This document shows, piece after piece, positions 8,287 to 18,780 of a stretch of DNA of 64,000 nucleotides (within the stretch, counting starts at the first letter, position 1; each line of letters starts with the position of its first letter). A program made the position numbers and the translations under genes. Source of the stretch: Aphanothece sp. CMT-3BRIN-NPC111 (GTDB lineage Bacteria > Cyanobacteriota > Cyanobacteriia > Cyanobacteriales > JAHHGU01). The notes under the pieces are model-generated. The model was not told where the DNA came from. It was given only the letters and a program-made list of their open reading frames with translations, and made no database searches. The stretch is taken from contig JAHHGU010000013.1 in the NCBI GenBank assembly GCA_019359765.1, forward strand, positions 9,574 to 73,573. The letters run 5' to 3'.

Positions 8287-10718
8287 TGGTTTTTCACTTC
8301 CTTAGCAGAAGGGGTAACACCGAAATTCATCCGCACCATACTCCCGGGGGCTAAATGCACCAAGCGAGATTGGCTGTTGCGTTCGCTGAAGAAACGATTG
8401 GGAGCGAAGGTGTAACCTGGGAGACTGCTGAGATCTAAAACTCCGGTGCGGTAGCCAGGAATAACATTGCTTACAGAAAACAGCCCATTGACATCGGTGG
8501 TGATGCGGTTTCCGTTATCCATTAAGATCACCGCATTAGGAACACCAGCCTCACCAGGCTGTTGCTCACCGTCAAAGTTTTTGTCTACAAACACGCGACC
8601 AATTATGGTGCCGTAGTCTGATAAAATTCCTGCTTTAATTCGCAGTTGATGTGTGGCAGGACCATCTTTGACACTACGACGATTGTCAACTCGTTGACCG
8701 TTGACAATTGCAGAGTTTCTGCCTGTACCTCGTAAGGCATCAGGAGTTAAGACTGCGGCATAGGCAATGTTGAGAATTTGGCGTGAAGGGAGATTTCCAG
8801 CTACATTGAACTTAACTGTTGAACCATTATGATTGGTAGTAACTCTAACTGGACTTCCCTGCAACTCAGCCCGAACAGAATCAGGCCGGAATTGAAATCC
8901 TAATGGTAAGGTGTCGGTAACAACAATATTTTCTAAATTGGCAGAAGACTGATTTCTCACCGAGAGACGGTAAATAACCGTATCTCCTGGTTCAGCAGCT
9001 GCGCGATCGCCTGTTTTAATAATTTGAATTTCTTGAGCTTGACAGATACCTAATTTGATGCTCAGAACGGCTAAATTCAACCCCACCCGTTCAGCATCCT
9101 GAATATTTATAGTGCCGTTTACGGATGTGCGGTTATCTGTGGAACTAATGGGTTTCCCATCTAGGGAAGTAGCAGTGTAAGCAATACTGTTAGCATTGCG
9201 ATCGCCAATGACTACGCGGATTCGTCGTTCAGCGTAAATTGATCCACCAGGGGGATTGACTAACAGAATAAAGGTTTTGCCCTTGTCCAACTGCCCCCGA
9301 TTTTTATCAAATAAGAAATTATATTTACCCTGATTACCATTGGTTAGAAAATAAGGATTACTATTTTCTATATTAGGTTCAGCCCCTTTGGGAATATCGT
9401 TACCCGGAATATCCGGTAACTCTGTCCCTGTAAGAGGTGAAAGCCCTCTTACTCCTCCGGTTGGATCGCTTGGATCTGGCTCATAAAAACCAACACTAAA
9501 TCCGTTATAGTCAGGCAAAAGTTCTCCAGCACAACCTGTGACCTGTCCGAGAGGATCTACCAGTGGTGAACTAATAGGGAGCAGTAAAGCTACTGTTTCC
9601 GACTTAGAAGAACAATCTATCGGCTGCTCCAAATTTAAATTAGATTCCATTGTTTTGTACTTATACCCAGTGACAGAACCTGAACCAGTAACTTTAGTCT
9701 GTAAAGTTCCATCATTGGCATACTCCATTTCCGCCATCATGCTAGATCCAGTTGCAGAAATTGAGCCAGCAGTCATCTCAACAGTTGCTTGCACCCCTCC
9801 ACCAGCAGGTACAACTAATTCGCTGGTTGTTGTAGAGTTGGCGTTGTTATTGGGAACCAAAACTTTAAGTGGACTATTGCCGGGATTGGAAAGTAAAAAT
9901 TGGAAGTCAGCCTTATCTCCTGTCTTAAGGCTAAATTGAGTTCCCGCGCGCAAATTATTAAAGTCTCTGGCAAAAGCTTGCCCTGCTTGGGTAATCACAT
10001 CTGCTTTGCTTGGTTGCTCACTAATCATGGCATTCAGAGCATCCGATCCCACTTGATTTAAATCTGTGTTACTAGGAGCATTATTAATAATTGCCAAAGC
10101 TGTTCTAGTTGCTGACTCAGCTTCACTAGGCGTTAAACCAACCATGCCTAAAACTGATTTTGATACCTGAGTAGCTAGAACTGTAGCTTGTTCTAAGTCT
10201 GAGCTTCCTAACTGTTGAATCAGAGCAGCTTTTACTGGCACTGCCTGGATTAAGGCATTTTTAGCAGATATTGCTATTTCTTGAAATGTAGTGTTAGTGG
10301 GTAAAGCTTTCCATGCTTGGGTAACCGCCAATATACCTTTATTCGCTTCTTCCTGAGTAAAACCAAGTTTAACTACTTGATTATTTAAAGCACCTGTTAC
10401 TGAGCCTAAAACCAAACTTCCATTTTGAGTTTTAATGCCTCTGGCGGTAATTAAAATAGTTCCACGAGGAGAAAGATTCACACTGACTTTATTTGAAGTT
10501 ACTTCACCTTTAACAGCAGTAGTGGAAGTATCGGCATTTTCATAAGAATATAAAGCTTGATTATTAATAATTTTACTGGAGCCTATACACTCAGAATTAG
10601 TTTCAGCCAGTGCCGGCTCAGCAAGATTAAAAATATTTCCGAATGAAATAATGGCTACCAATATGTGCAAGCAACTATTAAGTAAATAAAAGTAGTGCCG
10701 AAACTTTAATGTAAACAC
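8283..10718 (-). CDS. Secreted adhesin-like protein (DUF11 domain plus SdrD-B/Cna-B-like C-terminal domain)
   Basis: 811 aa with leader ...IFNLAEPALAET. DUF11 signature: IIKTGDRAAAEPGDTVIYRLSVRNQS..VVTDTLPLGFQF. C-terminal stretch GRVFVDKNFDGEQQPGEAGVPNAVILMDNGNRITTDVNGLFSV is SdrD-B-like. Its stop overlaps the next gene's start as ATGA at 8283-8286. Confidence 0.7.
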   Translation of the reverse strand: MFTLKFRHYFYLLNSCLHILVAIISFGNIFNLAEPALAETNSECIGSSKIINNQALYSYENADTSTTAVKGEVTSNKVSVNLSPRGTILITARGIKTQNGSLVLGSVTGALNNQVVKLGFTQEEANKGILAVTQAWKALPTNTTFQEIAISAKNALIQAVPVKAALIQQLGSSDLEQATVLATQVSKSVLGMVGLTPSEAESATRTALAIINNAPSNTDLNQVGSDALNAMISEQPSKADVITQAGQAFARDFNNLRAGTQFSLKTGDKADFQFLLSNPGNSPLKVLVPNNNANSTTTSELVVPAGGGVQATVEMTAGSISATGSSMMAEMEYANDGTLQTKVTGSGSVTGYKYKTMESNLNLEQPIDCSSKSETVALLLPISSPLVDPLGQVTGCAGELLPDYNGFSVGFYEPDPSDPTGGVRGLSPLTGTELPDIPGNDIPKGAEPNIENSNPYFLTNGNQGKYNFLFDKNRGQLDKGKTFILLVNPPGGSIYAERRIRVVIGDRNANSIAYTATSLDGKPISSTDNRTSVNGTINIQDAERVGLNLAVLSIKLGICQAQEIQIIKTGDRAAAEPGDTVIYRLSVRNQSSANLENIVVTDTLPLGFQFRPDSVRAELQGSPVRVTTNHNGSTVKFNVAGNLPSRQILNIAYAAVLTPDALRGTGRNSAIVNGQRVDNRRSVKDGPATHQLRIKAGILSDYGTIIGRVFVDKNFDGEQQPGEAGVPNAVILMDNGNRITTDVNGLFSVSNVIPGYRTGVLDLSSLPGYTFAPNRFFSERNSQSRLVHLAPGSMVRMNFGVTPSAKEVKNQ

Positions 10719-10999
10719 TTGTCTTTTAGCCTCTTATTGGCATTTATATACTTAGTGCTGCTGTAATGGTGGTAGATTTTATGCTCTAGACTTATGCGAG
10801 CTTTAAACTTCCCTATTACTATTATCGTGGAGTGCAGATTCTTTGACCTGCGTATTCTCACTGACTCTTAATTAAGACCTATGACTTAAAAACCGTATTT
10901 TTGTCAGGCTAATGAACTAAGGATAGACAGCAAAAATTAGTGTCAAGGTGGGGATTAACTGGTACCATCCTTGACTGAGGAGAATTAATTGCAAAACTA

Positions 11000-11023
11000 G
11001 TAGAGACGCGATCGCGTCTCTAC
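11000..11023 (-). terminator. 24-bp perfect palindrome GTAGAGACGCGATCGCGTCTCTAC (hairpin 3' of the 189-aa gene)
   Basis: Perfect palindrome centred on a HIP1 site, 12 nt downstream of the stop at 11035. There is no clear U-tract. Confidence 0.5.
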
Positions 11024-11034
11024 ATAAGCTCTAT

Positions 11035-11604
11035 CTAGCGAACTTTTACCTGGTAAGCAGCAGCTACCTTAGTTTGTGCAGCAATAGGTTCGCTAAAGCT
11101 CCAACGGACATGAGTATAAGCTTCGGCTGGTGCAGGTTTAGTTTCTACTTCGCCATTTGGCAGCTTGACTTGAACAGTGGGTTTTTCTACGAAAGTCTTA
11201 GCGTTATCAATACTATAAACAGTATTAACGCCGCTATTCTGAGTAGTCATAGCAGAATTCAAAACGTAAATTGTCTGCTTGGGAACGGGTTGGGTGATAG
11301 ATAGCTTTTTCACTGGGCGATCGCTACTATTTTCACCTAGTACCCGATAGCGAATCACATTCCCTGGTTGTACTACTACATTACCTTGCAAAGCTTGCCA
11401 GGTAACGTTTTCTTTACCTTGCTGATCTTTTTCTACCACCTGCTTATCAGCTGTTAAACGCAAATCAACTTTGGCGGGGTTGATGGTTTGAGCGATCGCT
11501 TCCCCAATGTCGTGTAGAGCCGTGAAGCCCGGTATAGTGCTAACGAAGGGAACAGCTGCAATAATAGCGATCGCGCCCAGACCAGCAATAGATGCACGTT
11601 TCAT
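11035..11604 (-). CDS. Small secreted beta-sandwich protein (candidate structural subunit)
   Basis: 189 aa. The leader is MKRASIAGLGAIAIIAAVPFV.... The remainder is beta-rich, and the gene is flanked by its own hairpins. Confidence 0.6.
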   Translation of the reverse strand: MKRASIAGLGAIAIIAAVPFVSTIPGFTALHDIGEAIAQTINPAKVDLRLTADKQVVEKDQQGKENVTWQALQGNVVVQPGNVIRYRVLGENSSDRPVKKLSITQPVPKQTIYVLNSAMTTQNSGVNTVYSIDNAKTFVEKPTVQVKLPNGEVETKPAPAEAYTHVRWSFSEPIAAQTKVAAAYQVKVR

Positions 11605-11669
11605 GTTAATCTCCTCTGCAAACTTCCAAATTTTTATTTGACAAAATGCTCGTACAGTTGGTTAACTTT

Positions 11670-11695
11670 GGGACATCTCGTTCTAGAGATGTCCC
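11670..11695 (-). terminator. Hairpin GGGACATCTC-N6-GAGATGTCCC 3' of the 837-aa gene
   Basis: Perfect 10-bp stem located 12 nt after the stop at 11707. Confidence 0.5.
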
Positions 11696-11706
11696 AAGTT
11701 AGCTAT

Positions 11707-14220
11707 CTAATTGTTCAGCTTACGTTGGAATGAGAAGGTTCCAGTTTGTTGCGGCAGCAGTGAGAACGCCGTTGGCAAAGTATTCGTATACTTAGTAACC
11801 AGTGTATCGGTTGCAGGGTCACTGTTACCTAGAGATAGAACACCATTGAAGTACTGAAGCACACCACCATTAGAGGCTGCGGTAGCTTGTACGTGAGTGG
11901 TGTTAATAACACCGTCATTATTAGTATCTAATGCCCAGTCGTTGCCGCCAGTAGTACCATCTTCTGTAATTTTCAGATTCTTTCCGTTCAAGATGACGTT
12001 GAACTGACCTACTTGTGGACTAGAGATGTTTTGGTAGGTAACTCGGTACTCAACAAATTCTCCTGGTTCTACCGCTTTAGTCGCTGTACTAAATTGACCA
12101 CGAGTACCACTAACTGGAGTAGTTTCATTCCTCATAATCCGCGACTCTTTCAAGAGATTGATAAAGCCAGCGTAGACGCGGTCAATCGTAATGTTTTGAG
12201 CTTCAGAACCATTCGGCGCATTGCTGGCGTCACCATCGATAAAGGCTGTGATTGGCACATCATAGCCTTGGTTTTGGGTAGCGTTATCAGGCAAATCTAC
12301 AGTGACTGCATATTGCTTGATTTCATTAGGGGCAATGTTGGCGAAAGTCAAAGGAGTAGTACTACTAGGAGTTACAGTTGGAGTCCCATTCAGAGCTGCT
12401 TGAACTACAGTATATGTAACCGTAGTCAATCCTGTCGCTTCCACTGTAATAATGGTTGTTCCTACAGGTAAATCTGTAAGGTTAGCTGCTAGCGGTATTA
12501 AGCTGAGGTTAGCAGTAACATTGCTTGTATTTTGTACGCTGTTGGTGAAAGCAACTAGTGGGACAGTAGCTGGACCAGTAGTTACGACACTAGCACCATT
12601 GGTGAAGTCATCATTATTGCTAGTTGGCCCGACAGCATCGGGATGCAAACCAGCATTTGGACCAGAGGCAATAACAGTTCCATTCAAAATACCTGCTGTC
12701 GTGGTAGTTGCAACTGTAAAGACGTTGGCTTCACCACCAGTACCAGTACCTGTGTTGTTGTTATCGGTATCTTCTCCTTGGGTAGTTGAGTTACCAAGGC
12801 CGGTAGTGGTGTCAGCGGTATAGTCTACAACTCCATCCCCATCGGAGTCGTTGTTTGCGCTTTGGTCACCAGATTCATCGTAGATACCGGGAACAGTTGC
12901 AGCCGTAGGAGTTACACCAGCTTTTTCACCAAATACTTGGGCAATGTTTTCAATTTTGTCACCTTGGTCAACGTTGGCGGTGAACTTCACCGTAAATCTA
13001 AATGTTGCTGTGGTTCCTTTATTTACTACTTGCCCCGCTCTATAGACAAAACCGATTCGTTTCACTGTTGTTAAATTAACAGTGTTATCTAAAACTGCCC
13101 AACTTGCTTCATAAGAGCTATTAGTTGAACTTGGATCATCTGTACTATACACAGCGATCCATCCAGTGGGGAGACCCGTGGGAACGGCGTTTAGAACAGT
13201 ATCTGTAGGGATAACATCAGAAACTAATACCCGATTGGTAGTCGCATTGCCTGGTGTACTCAAACCTGGAACAAATGTGGGGTGTAAATCATCTGTACCA
13301 GTAACATTTGCAGGTACACCAGAAGCCGGAAGCGAATTCAGAACATTGAAATTTAATGTGTAAGGTAGGGTATCACCCTCAGGGCCAACAGGATTCCCAG
13401 CACTAGAAACACCGTGGGTTTTAGTTAATAGCGCAAATGGCTGAATTCCAGCGCTAAAGCTAGCGGTTTGCTGCGAACTTGCTTCCCTAACTCCATTAAC
13501 TGGAACGCCCGCCTGTTCATTGGCAACCCCATCAGCATCAGCATTGTCTACTGTATAGACGTCATTAGCGTTGGCTGTCCGTGCCACGTTTTGAGTACCC
13601 ACAGGCGTAGTATTACCTAAGGTGACAGAGACGCTGCCAGTGGCATTGGTATCAATCGTAACCCTAACAGTGACTCGAATTTGACTGCTTGCAGGAACTG
13701 AAACAGTCTGAAGCCCATTGCCTGTTACGTTAGTTACAGCACCAGTGCCGGTTCCGTTTGCATCTAATAGCTGATAGCTAATACTCGTTGCTGTACCGTT
13801 GAGGACAGCACTAGCACCATTTAGTATCGAAGCACTAGGGAGAAAGAACTTGGTAGGGTCATTACCTACGTTAGTAACGTTGAATTTGAAATCGGCTGTA
13901 TTCCCAGCTTGTAGAACTGCACCCGAACTTGTTACGTTGTCAACTCCAGCATTGCTAACGGTAACACCAGCAACTTCAGCTACAGTAATCTCAACTGTAT
14001 TCGATACGGTTTGGATAGTGCTACCGTTACCATCGTCATATGTACCAGTTGCCGTGTTGCTAATAGTGGTGCCAGCAGCGGTTCCATCAGCTAGCACTGG
14101 TGCTGCCAGTTGGAACATACCACCAGTCACCAAAGCGGCTGCTACCCAACGGCGATAAGCACTTGTAGAATTTATTGCTATTTTTTTAGATAAACCTTTG
14201 CAACTTGTAGGCTTTTTCAC
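11707..14220 (-). CDS. Secreted DUF11-like beta-strand repeat protein
   Basis: 837 aa with leader ...WVAAALVTGGMFQLAAPVLADG. Repeated motifs of the type GTTISNTATGTYDDGNG...SNTVEITVAEVAGVTV, and very T/N/G/V-rich composition. Confidence 0.65.
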   Translation of the reverse strand: MKKPTSCKGLSKKIAINSTSAYRRWVAAALVTGGMFQLAAPVLADGTAAGTTISNTATGTYDDGNGSTIQTVSNTVEITVAEVAGVTVSNAGVDNVTSSGAVLQAGNTADFKFNVTNVGNDPTKFFLPSASILNGASAVLNGTATSISYQLLDANGTGTGAVTNVTGNGLQTVSVPASSQIRVTVRVTIDTNATGSVSVTLGNTTPVGTQNVARTANANDVYTVDNADADGVANEQAGVPVNGVREASSQQTASFSAGIQPFALLTKTHGVSSAGNPVGPEGDTLPYTLNFNVLNSLPASGVPANVTGTDDLHPTFVPGLSTPGNATTNRVLVSDVIPTDTVLNAVPTGLPTGWIAVYSTDDPSSTNSSYEASWAVLDNTVNLTTVKRIGFVYRAGQVVNKGTTATFRFTVKFTANVDQGDKIENIAQVFGEKAGVTPTAATVPGIYDESGDQSANNDSDGDGVVDYTADTTTGLGNSTTQGEDTDNNNTGTGTGGEANVFTVATTTTAGILNGTVIASGPNAGLHPDAVGPTSNNDDFTNGASVVTTGPATVPLVAFTNSVQNTSNVTANLSLIPLAANLTDLPVGTTIITVEATGLTTVTYTVVQAALNGTPTVTPSSTTPLTFANIAPNEIKQYAVTVDLPDNATQNQGYDVPITAFIDGDASNAPNGSEAQNITIDRVYAGFINLLKESRIMRNETTPVSGTRGQFSTATKAVEPGEFVEYRVTYQNISSPQVGQFNVILNGKNLKITEDGTTGGNDWALDTNNDGVINTTHVQATAASNGGVLQYFNGVLSLGNSDPATDTLVTKYTNTLPTAFSLLPQQTGTFSFQRKLNN

Positions 14221-14445
14221 AGAATTAATACCTCTCTCAATGGGTTCAGTACAGCTAAGGAGAACGCTAGATAGAAACTCTGAGGTAGCAAGCTCAGATG
14301 AAGCCGAAGAAAGTCTTAAAAAACCGCTACCTCTGTTTTACGCTTGACGCCTGGTAGCATCTCTTAGTAAGGTCGTAAGTTTTGCCGGCTCAAGCAAATA
14401 ACCCCCTTATCTCTAAGCTGCCCAGCTACAGGGTTGTAAAGCTCA

Positions 14446-14478
14446 GCCATATGGCTGATCCTTCCTAGGCCATATGGC
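14446..14478. promoter_or_regulatory. Two copies of the palindrome GCCATATGGC spaced 23 bp apart
   Basis: Copies at 14446-14455 and 14469-14478, lying in the 550-bp divergent region between the adhesin locus and purA. Candidate operator. Confidence 0.3.
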
Positions 14479-14671
14479 TAATATTCCCTAAGATAGATGC
14501 AAAATTTTTTGCTAAATAATTGAAAAGTCAGGCGGTAGCGATCGCAACAACAAACTTCTGCGTCGCTCCGGTTTCATTGCAATGCTTTCCCTACAACGCT
14601 TTTGAGGCACGCAAAATTTGTAAAGGTAACGCTGCGCCGTTGAATTAAGAACCGAATTTGTCTGTGTGGGG

Positions 14672-14706
14672 GAATCCTCTGCCTTCAGGCGGAGAAGGAT
14701 GTCAAT
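14672..14706 (+). mobile_element. Possible IS200/IS605 right-end / omega-RNA-like hairpin relic (no tnpB attached)
   Basis: GAATCCTCTGCCTTCAGGCGGAGAAGGATGTCAAT has the same layout as the module downstream of the intact tnpB, GAATCCCCGTGCGTTTACGCCGGGGAGTGTCAAG (minus strand, 46447-46480). Confidence 0.35.
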
Positions 14707-14764
14707 GCCTTAAAGAAAACAAATATCCCCTGCCAAGTCTGAGCCGGCAAGTTGACAGCGCTAG

Positions 14765-16159
<1,395 letters not shown>

Positions 16160-16217
16160 AGGCGAAGTTTCGCTCTTGTTGGTTTTGCCCCAGACATCCT
16201 GGTTAAACCCCTCTTAT

Positions 16218-16252
16218 AATCTAGAATCCAAAATCTAAAATCTAAAATCCGA
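16218..16252. repeat. Heptamer tandem repeat AATC(T/C)(A/G)A x5 (STRR-like)
   Basis: Five consecutive 7-bp units ending 2 nt before the rplY ATG. Confidence 0.85.
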
Positions 16253-16254
16253 AA

Positions 16255-16863
16255 ATGGAACTCACGATTGAATGTCAGAAGCGAGAAACAGGAAGCAAGC
16301 CTAAAGCCCTACGTCGTGCTGGCTTAATTCCTGCGGTTTTATACGGTCATCAGGGTGCGGAATCTGTTTCCCTGACCGTGTATGCCAAAACTGTGAAAAA
16401 CCTTCTCAAAGAAGGTGCAGTTAACAACACGCTGATCCAGCTGAATGTTCCTGACCTTTCCTGGAGTGGTAAGACACTGCTAAGGGAAGTTCAAAAGCAT
16501 CCCTGGAAAAACTATCCCTATCACCTCAGCTTTTTTGCTGTGGGGTCACAAGAGAGCATTGAGGTAGAAATCCCGCTGCATTTTGTGGGAGAAGCACCTG
16601 GCGTCAAGGTAGAAGGCGGCATATTAGACCCGGTGATCACAGAGCTTAAGGTGCAGTGTGCGCCGAATAGCATCCCAGATGCAATTGAGATTGATGTCTC
16701 TGGAATGCAATTGGGGGATAGTCTGCTTGTGAATCAAATCGTTTTGCCAGAAGGCGTTACTACGCTTAACGATCCAGATCAACCCGTTGTCACTGTCTTG
16801 GCTCCGCAACCAATTGTGGAACCCGTAGAGGGCGAAGAAGCATCTGCAACGGAATCCGCCTAA
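16255..16863 (+). CDS. rplY: 50S ribosomal protein L25 / general stress protein Ctc
   Basis: [16 protein letters not shown]... at the N-terminus, with a length of 202 aa. Confidence 0.9.
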   Translation: MELTIECQKRETGSKPKALRRAGLIPAVLYGHQGAESVSLTVYAKTVKNLLKEGAVNNTLIQLNVPDLSWSGKTLLREVQKHPWKNYPYHLSFFAVGSQESIEVEIPLHFVGEAPGVKVEGGILDPVITELKVQCAPNSIPDAIEIDVSGMQLGDSLLVNQIVLPEGVTTLNDPDQPVVTVLAPQPIVEPVEGEEASATESA

Positions 16864-16903
16864 AGCAGTTAGTAACTGACCTGTGGCTTTGTTGTTGCTA
16901 ACA

Positions 16904-16929
16904 CCAGGGGGAACCCCCCTGGTTTTTTT
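16904..16929 (+). terminator. Rho-independent terminator
   Basis: CCAGGGGG-AAC-CCCCCTGG followed by TTTTTTT. Confidence 0.8.
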
Positions 16930-17112
16930 GTTTGAACTGCCATGTTGAAGCAACCTTTATTGCACCTATACTTCTCGGATAAGCCAGACCTAACCCTCCG
17001 GACAATTTGATTTCTAGTCGTCTTAACGTTCCGGCGGAACCTCAAGACAAAATTGCTGTATAAGTCCTGGTATTGTAATAGTCGATTCCCAGCCTTTGAG
17101 TACTGACAACTG

Positions 17113-18657
17113 ATGACTGATTCTTCTCTCCCCCCACTAATTGGACAAATGATGCAACCGGGGTTCTATCCTCACCCGGTGACAGAACCAATCGCACTGA
17201 TTCAAACCCACGTTTCCTACGTCCTGCTGACCGGGGATTATGCCTATAAACTCAAAAAGCCAGTGAACTTCGGCTTTTTAGACTTTTCGACATTGGATTT
17301 ACGACAGCATTTTTGTGCTGAAGAATTACGGCTAAACCAACGGGGAGCAGCTGAGCTTTACCTGGAGGTTTTACCCATTAGTCAGGTTGGCGATCGCTAT
17401 CAACTGGGTGACGCTGGTGAGCCAGTTGAATATGTCCTCAAGATGCGCCAGTTTCCGCAGCAGGCTCTATTGATAACTATGTTTGAGCAGGGACAGCTGA
17501 CGGAAACACACATGGAGGAACTGGGGCGGGTTGTCGCCCAATACCATGCCCAGGCACACACAGACGATTACATTCGCACCTTTGGGGAAATTCCCCAGAT
17601 TCGGGCTGCTATTGACGAAAACTATCAGCAAACTGATAAATATATTGGTGGGCCTCAAACTCAGTCCCAGTACGAAGAAACTAAGCAATTTACAGATGCC
17701 TTCTTTGCTAATCGGCAGGAGCTTTTGAAAAGCAGAATCCAAAATGACAAAATTCGGGAATGTCATGGAGATTTGCATCTAAGAAATATTTGTCGCTGGC
17801 AAGATAAGGTTCTGCTGTTTGACTGCATTGAATTTAACGAACCGTTTCGCTTTGTCGATGTCATGTACGATGTCGCCTTTACCGTGATGGATTTGGAAGC
17901 ACGGGAGCGGCAAGACTTAGGCAATGCCTTTTTGAACACCTATGTCGAGCAGACTGGAGATTGGGAAGGGTTGCAGCTATTGCCTTTGTACTTGAGCCGT
18001 CAGGCGTATGTGCGGGCGAAAGTGACAAGCTTCCTGTTAGATGACCCAGGTATCCCCAAAGCGGACAAGGATGCAGCTGCGGCAACCGCTGCTCACTACT
18101 ACAAGCTGGCTTGGGAGTATACCAGTCCTCAGCAAGGACGCTTAATTCTCATGTCTGGTCTATCCGGTTCTGGTAAAAGTACAGTGGCGCGGAAATTAGC
18201 CCGACGCTTGGGAGCGATTTACCTGCGCTCGGATGCGGTGCGGAAACATCTGGGTGGTGTACCCCTGGAACAAAAGGGGGGAGCGGATTTATACTCGCCA
18301 GCAATGACCGAGAAAACCTACGGACGTTTATTAGAATTGGGCGTTAAGCTGGCAAATCAAGGCTTCCCGGTGATTCTGGATGCTAAGTATGATCGGCAGG
18401 CACTGCGGCAGGAAGCGATCGCCCAATCTCAAACCGAGCAACTGCCGCTGCAAATTCTTCACTGCACTGCACCAGAAGAAGTGTTGCGCGATCGCCTAAA
18501 TAAGCGTAGCGGTGATATTGCTGATGCTACAGCTGACCTACTGGCTGACCAACAAGCTTCCTTTGAACCATTCACGGAGGCAGAACAACATCACGTCACT
18601 ACATTAGACACCACGCAAGACTGGGAAGCGCAATTCCCGGAGGGTTGGTTGAAGTAA
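17113..18657 (+). CDS. Bifunctional aminoglycoside-phosphotransferase-like / P-loop kinase (AAA_33-like) protein
   Basis: 514 aa. The N-terminal half is APH-like (HGDLHLRNI). The C-terminal half carries the Walker A motif GLSGSGKST. Confidence 0.7.
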   Translation: MTDSSLPPLIGQMMQPGFYPHPVTEPIALIQTHVSYVLLTGDYAYKLKKPVNFGFLDFSTLDLRQHFCAEELRLNQRGAAELYLEVLPISQVGDRYQLGDAGEPVEYVLKMRQFPQQALLITMFEQGQLTETHMEELGRVVAQYHAQAHTDDYIRTFGEIPQIRAAIDENYQQTDKYIGGPQTQSQYEETKQFTDAFFANRQELLKSRIQNDKIRECHGDLHLRNICRWQDKVLLFDCIEFNEPFRFVDVMYDVAFTVMDLEARERQDLGNAFLNTYVEQTGDWEGLQLLPLYLSRQAYVRAKVTSFLLDDPGIPKADKDAAAATAAHYYKLAWEYTSPQQGRLILMSGLSGSGKSTVARKLARRLGAIYLRSDAVRKHLGGVPLEQKGGADLYSPAMTEKTYGRLLELGVKLANQGFPVILDAKYDRQALRQEAIAQSQTEQLPLQILHCTAPEEVLRDRLNKRSGDIADATADLLADQQASFEPFTEAEQHHVTTLDTTQDWEAQFPEGWLK

Positions 18658-18738
18658 AGCTGAATTGATACTTTACGGCTTTGCGGAGTTATGAGTTATG
18701 AATGAAGAGTTAAATATGAATAACTCCGCCTTGGGATT

Positions 18739-18773
18739 AACTCAAAACTCAAAACTCAAAACTCAAAACTCCT
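18739..18773. repeat. Heptamer tandem repeat AACTCAA x4 plus one imperfect unit (STRR-like)
   Basis: This is the same heptamer, as reverse complement, as the in-frame tract at 63453-63494. It ends 8 nt before the ATG at 18781. Confidence 0.9.
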
Positions 18774-18780
18774 GAAGCTA

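Noticed and set aside
2255-14158. Many plus-strand ORFs of 60-180 aa lie inside the adhesin genes (e.g. 3237-3782, 9538-9939, 12013-12471, 12452-12823 and 13799-14158).
   Set aside because: They are antisense shadows of long, repeat-rich minus-strand genes. Their composition is low-complexity V/L/S/P-rich, with no start context and no motifs.
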